Positions 58,182-64,000 of a DNA stretch of 64,000 nucleotides are shown piece after piece; position 1 is the stretch's first letter, and each line of letters starts with the position of its first letter. This DNA is from Eledone cirrhosa. Taxonomy: Eukaryota. The notes beneath the pieces were generated by a model. That model was given only the letters and a program-made list of their open reading frames with translations. It was not told the origin of the DNA and did no database searches. The stretch lies in assembly GCA_964016885.1 (NCBI GenBank), contig OZ024742.1, forward strand, positions 366,978,001 to 367,042,000, in the 5' to 3' direction. The position numbers were made by a program, and so were the translations under genes.

Positions 58182-60717
58182 AGAAGGTGAGTAATATTGT
58201 AGAACAATAAAACTATGCATATATCAGATAAGTAGCACTCAACAGTGGTAGAACTGGAGTATATACAATAAAGATGAAATAAACATGGTTATAAGAGTTC
58301 CATATATTTTATTATACGTTTTTCGAATACAAAATCATCCTGGGACAGATGTTGTGTTCTCTTCAGATAAAAAATAAGGTACAATGATATGAGGCATAAC
58401 ACCACTTGTTTATAGGAAAGTGCTAAGTCTACATATGACAGAAATATTAATATATGTGTTAATACTATAGTAAGAAATAGATAGGAAAATAGAGGAAAAG
58501 GAAGAATATTTCTTCGACGCATAGGATGGAAAATTTGGATAAAGCTGTGTAGGCTGGTGCTTTGGAGACAATTTTCCAAGATAAAGAATAGTTTATATTC
58601 TTGGATTTTAAGTTCCATAATAAGTTGGATAGAGAGGTTGAAGATTTTTTACCAATATTCGTAAAGGAACATTTATGGTTATTGAAACGAGATTTGAAGT
58701 CTGTCGAAGTAGAGCCGACATAGTTAAAGGAATTATCATTGGTTTTGACATTGCAATTGTATACTACATTTTTAACTAAACAGTTATTTTTTAAAGGACA
58801 GTTAGATTCATTTCTACAATTACATTTATCAGAATTTATATTATTGGGAACAATATCATTATATTGGATATTGCTAGAGGTATTAATGCTATTCTGGTTA
58901 AGTTTTAAGTTTCTATTATTAATTCTATTTATATTCTGCGCTAAATTCATAGTGGTAGAATATGATAGTTTAATTGTATGTCTGTTAAAGATTGAGTGAT
59001 ACCTATGTGTCTTGGGAAAACAATTATCGAGAGCTTTAAAAAATAGTTTAGCTATTGGAGTTTTAATACTTAATGAGAAAGAAGGAGCGAATCATAATAC
59101 ATTTCTAGTTCTATTTCTTCTTTTAATTTTAGAGTTTGTGCTAGGTTTCTTATTATAATTATAATTATAATTATAATTATAATTATAATTATAATTATGG
59201 TTAATTGGCGTATCTTTATTATCGATGTATTTAATTTCATTATTATAGCCTGCTCTACTTAAAGCTTCGTTATAATATTGTGCTTTATCTTCAAATATAT
59301 TTTTATTCGCTGAAATTCTAGAAATACGTTGCTGTACGGAATTTACAATAGGATCTTTTAACGGATCTTTGGTGATTGGAATTCCAGTTAACATAGTTTA
59401 AATTCTCATTGATTTTATGAAATGGATAATATAGACCAGTATTAGGGTTTAATGTTACATCTAAAAAATTAACTATTTTATAATTATTCTCTACTTCTAC
59501 CTTAAGATTAAAGCTATTAAAAAATTGTATTATTGATTTTCTTTTCCTATTGATTTCACAATTATTATTATTTTCAATTAGCAATAGCATATCATCACGA
59601 TATAAACCACCGGTCATCTCTGATATTTTTCTATGTAAAGTATTGTTAATAAAAAGCCCCACAAGATCCGTTAATTGCGCCGAGTCCGATGACTCCATAG
59701 TAATATCGAAATTGTTATCCCTATCTGCTCTAGTCCAAAGATGGTTGTTAAATTTAATTAAAGTTTTACGTGCAGTTAAGATGATGTGTATTTCATCGCT
59801 AGATAAATCAGTATATTTAAATGCGTATGTAAGGGCTTTATTAAGTAAATTAAGAGTGATAGATGAGTAATAATTAGCAATATCCAATTGAATGAATTTA
59901 TTGTTATCCTTATATTTTATGTCCTTAAACCAGTCTATAACTTCATTTGTCCCATTCCATAATTTTAAGTAAGATATTTCTTTAAGTGGTGGTATGATTC
60001 TATCTAAGATATTTTTGCTAACTATGCCGGGGACCGATTTAGATGGTGCAATAAGTCTAACTGGTAATTCTATTTCAAAATGTCTTTTGTGGCCTTTCAA
60101 ATTAATTTTTGGTTTTCTAGGTATGAAGGGTTCAGTCCTATTTTCGATGCCTAATTTTTGCATTATATTAGAAGCTTTACTATTTAATCTTTCAAGGTCA
60201 TCATTGGTTGCTCTCTTGTAATTTTTCCTTAATTCTTTCAATATAAGATTATTATACTCATCATTTTGCATTCCGTATAGATTGTTGATTTTATCAGATT
60301 TAACAAGAATTTTTTCAGTTCTTTCAAAATTCTCTATATTATTTTTAAGACCTTTGAGGTAATCCTGCCCTACAAAATGTTTTTTTTCTTAAATTTAATG
60401 TTTTGTATGATTGAAATAATTTCATTTTCAAATTCCATTAATGTGGATTTTCTTGGATTTGAAGATCCTATCGAAGTTGGATATATTTTCTTTTCCATCT
60501 GATTTTTATCAAACTGAAAAGCACGCCATCTAAGCCTTCTTATAAACGAGTCCAATTTCTCAATAAGGTGTTTAAGATAGTCCTTATTCCTAGGTAAAGG
60601 TATGTCTTTTAGAGAAGAAGATATCTTAAAGAATTCCATTTTAATGAGTTATAATTTAAAGTGCTCAACAATAAAGGAGCTAAATGTATGCAGAGGTTAT
60701 ATTTAATTTTTGGGGAT
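58182..60717 (-). mobile_element. Penelope-like element (Naiad-type), frameshifted, abutting an assembly gap
   Basis: SLKDIPLP..YLKHLIEK..FIRRLRW; PVRLIAP; FIQLDIANYYSSI; GGLYRDD; NFLDVTL; KCNCR..CPL...CLVKNVVY..YVGST..FKSRFNNH; 3' pLTR ends in (TA)n. Confidence 0.9.
58307..58372 (-). ncRNA. Type I hammerhead in the pLTR
   Basis: Minus strand: ttttat CTGAAGA gaacacaa...ttgtattc GAAA aacgta TA ataaaa. Confidence 0.7.
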
Positions 60718-60917
60718 NNNNNNNNNNNNNNNNNNNNNNNNNNNNNNNNNNNNNNNNNNNNNNNNNNNNNNNNNNNNNNNNNNNNNNNNNNNNNNNNNNN
60801 NNNNNNNNNNNNNNNNNNNNNNNNNNNNNNNNNNNNNNNNNNNNNNNNNNNNNNNNNNNNNNNNNNNNNNNNNNNNNNNNNNNNNNNNNNNNNNNNNNNN
60901 NNNNNNNNNNNNNNNNN
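60718..60917. other. Assembly gap (200 N)
   Basis: Run of N. Confidence 1.
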
Positions 60918-61681
60918 GGGGGGGGGGTGTATGTAACTTACCTGTATATATACTCTCGCCCCCACAGTGTTATATATATTTCTCTAGAGATGTGTCTTAT
61001 AATAGATATGTCGGCAATAAAATGTCCGCCGCGGCATAGAATACGGAGCCTAACGACTTCACTGCAACATTTTATAGCTAGTCAACTCTGAAAAACCCAC
61101 ATACATACACTAACACATACACACACACACACGCACACACACGCACACACGCACACACGCACACCCACGCACACACATACATGCACGCACACACACACAC
61201 ACACAGCCTAACGACCTCACTGCCACATTTTATAGCTAGTAAACTCTGAAAAAAAAACCCACACAAACAAACACATACACACACACACACATACACACAC
61301 ATATACACACACAGACACATACAAACACATACACACACATAAACACACACACATACACATAAACATACACACACACACATACACACACATACACACACAT
61401 TCACACACACACCCACACACACATACACACACACACACACATACGCCACCACACACACAAACACCCACACACACACACACATACACACAAAAACACAAAC
61501 ACACACACACACACACACACATACACACACATACAGACACATACACACAAAACACATACACCCCCACACACACATACACACACATGCACACACACCCATA
61601 CACACCCACACCCCCATGCACACACACACACACACATTCATACACACACGCAGATTTCCATATACAGACATATGTACAGAC

Positions 61682-64000
61682 ACACACATATAAACATACA
61701 TGTCTATATATACATGGAGACACACATAAACATACATGTCTATATATACATGGAGACACACATATACATACATGTCTATACATACATGGAGACACACATA
61801 TAAACATACATGTCTATAGATACATGGAGACACACATAAAAAACATACATGTCTATATATACATGGGAGACACACATAAACATACATGTCTATACATACA
61901 TGGAGACATACATATAAACATACATGTCTATATATACATGGAGACACATATAAACATACATGTCTATATATACATGGAGACACACATATAAACATACATG
62001 TCTATACATACATGGAGACACTCATATAAACATGCATGTCTATATATACATGGAGACACACATATAAACATACATGTCTATATATATACATGGAGACACA
62101 CATATAAATATACATGTCTATATATACATGGAGACACACATATAAACATACATGTCTATATATACATGGAGACACATATAAACATACATGTCTATATATA
62201 CATGGAGACACACATATAAACATACATGTCTATATATACATGGAGACACTCATATAAACATACATGTCTATATATACATGGAGACACATATATAAACATA
62301 CATGTCTATATATACATGGAGACACTCATAAACATACATGTCTATATATACATGGAGACACATACAAACATACATGTCTATATATACATGGAGACACATA
62401 TAAACATACATGTCTATATATACATGGATACACACATATAAACATACATGACTATATATACATGGAGACACACACATAAACATACATGTCGATATATACA
62501 TGGAGAAACACATATAAACATACATGCCAATATATACATGGAGACACTCATATAAACATACATGTCTATATATACATGGAGACACACATATAAACATACA
62601 TGTCTATATATACATGGAGACACATATATAAACATACATGTCTATATATACATGGAGACACACATATAAACATACAGGTCAATATATACATGGAGACACA
62701 CATATAAACATACATGACTATATATACATGGAGACACACACATAAACATACATGTCGATATATACATGGAGAAACACATATAAACATACATGCCAATATA
62801 TACATGGAGACACTCATATAAACATACATGTCTATATATACATGGAGACACACATATAAACATACATGTCTATATATACATGGAGACACATATATAAACA
62901 TACATGTCTATATATACATGGAGACACACATATAAACATACAGGTCAATATATACATGGAGACACATATAAACATACATGTCTATATATACATGGAGACA
63001 CTCATATAAACATACATGTCTATATATACATGGAGACACACATATAAACATACATGTCTATACATACATGGAGACACTCATATAAACATATATGTCTATA
63101 TATACATGGAGACACATATATAAACATACATGTCTATACATACATGGAGACCCTCATATAAACATATATGTCTATATATACATGGAGACACATATATAAA
63201 CATACATGTCTATATATACATGGAGACACATATAAATATACATGTTTATATATACATGGAGACACACATATAAACATACATGTCTATATATACATGGAAA
63301 CACACATATAAACATACATGTCTATATATACATGGAGACACATATATAAACATACATGTCTATATATACATGGAGACACACATATAAACATACAGGTCAA
63401 TATATACATGGAGACACATATAAACATACATGTCTATATATACATGGAGACACTCATATAAACATACATGTCTATATATACATGGAGACACACATATAAA
63501 CATACATGTCTATACATACATGGAGACACTCATATAAACATATATGTCTATATATACATGGAGACACATATATAAACATACATGTCTATACATACATGGA
63601 GACCCTCATATAAACATATATGTCTATATATACATGGAGACACATATATAAACATACATGTCTATATATACATGGAGACACATATAAATATACATGTTTA
63701 TATATACATGGAGACACACATATAAACATACATGTCTATATATACATGGAAACACACATATAAACATACATGTCTATATATACATGGAGACACATATATA
63801 AACATACATGTCTATATATACATGGAGACACACATATAAACATACAGGTCAATATATACATGGAGACACATATAAACATACATGTCTATATATACATGGA
63901 GACACTCATATAAACATACATGTCTATATATACATGGAGACACACATATAAACATACATGTCTATACATACATGGAGACACTCATATAAACATACATGTC
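61682..64000. repeat. About 36-40 bp minisatellite (acacacatataaacatacatgtctatatatacatggag), runs off the window
   Basis: Directly visible tandem array. Confidence 0.97.

Noticed and set aside
60609-61091. ORFs spanning the N run
   Set aside because: Artefacts of the assembly gap.

Overview
AT-rich, repeat-dominated eukaryotic DNA with abundant (TA)n, (CA)n and (CATA)n microsatellites and tRNA-type SINEs. The repeat content looks like a cephalopod (octopus-type) genome, which is an inference. No host gene can be supported. Coding remnants are all transposon-derived: an internally deleted mariner, three R4/Dong-type RLE non-LTR copies plus a 3' stub, an L1/Tx1 3' fragment, and two Penelope-like elements (RT + GIY-YIG). 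A non-autonomous Helitron is also present. The main observation is an 8.66-kb array (25005-33666) of a near-invariant 467-bp non-coding unit: 12 copies in one orientation and about 6.4 copies inverted. Each complete unit carries a minimal type I hammerhead ribozyme (18 in total) on a long predicted stem, and the array sits inside a (TA)n tract. The same geometry (two ribozyme-sense 3' ends pointing outward into (TA)n, 5' ends fused) recurs in about ten smaller palindromic insertions. Many of these carry intact or decayed hammerheads, often with 60-105 nt stem II domains. This suggests a Penelope-driven, TA-targeted system that copied a retrozyme-like circular RNA by rolling-circle reverse transcription. 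Ribozymes and folds were read by eye; none was computed or tested.
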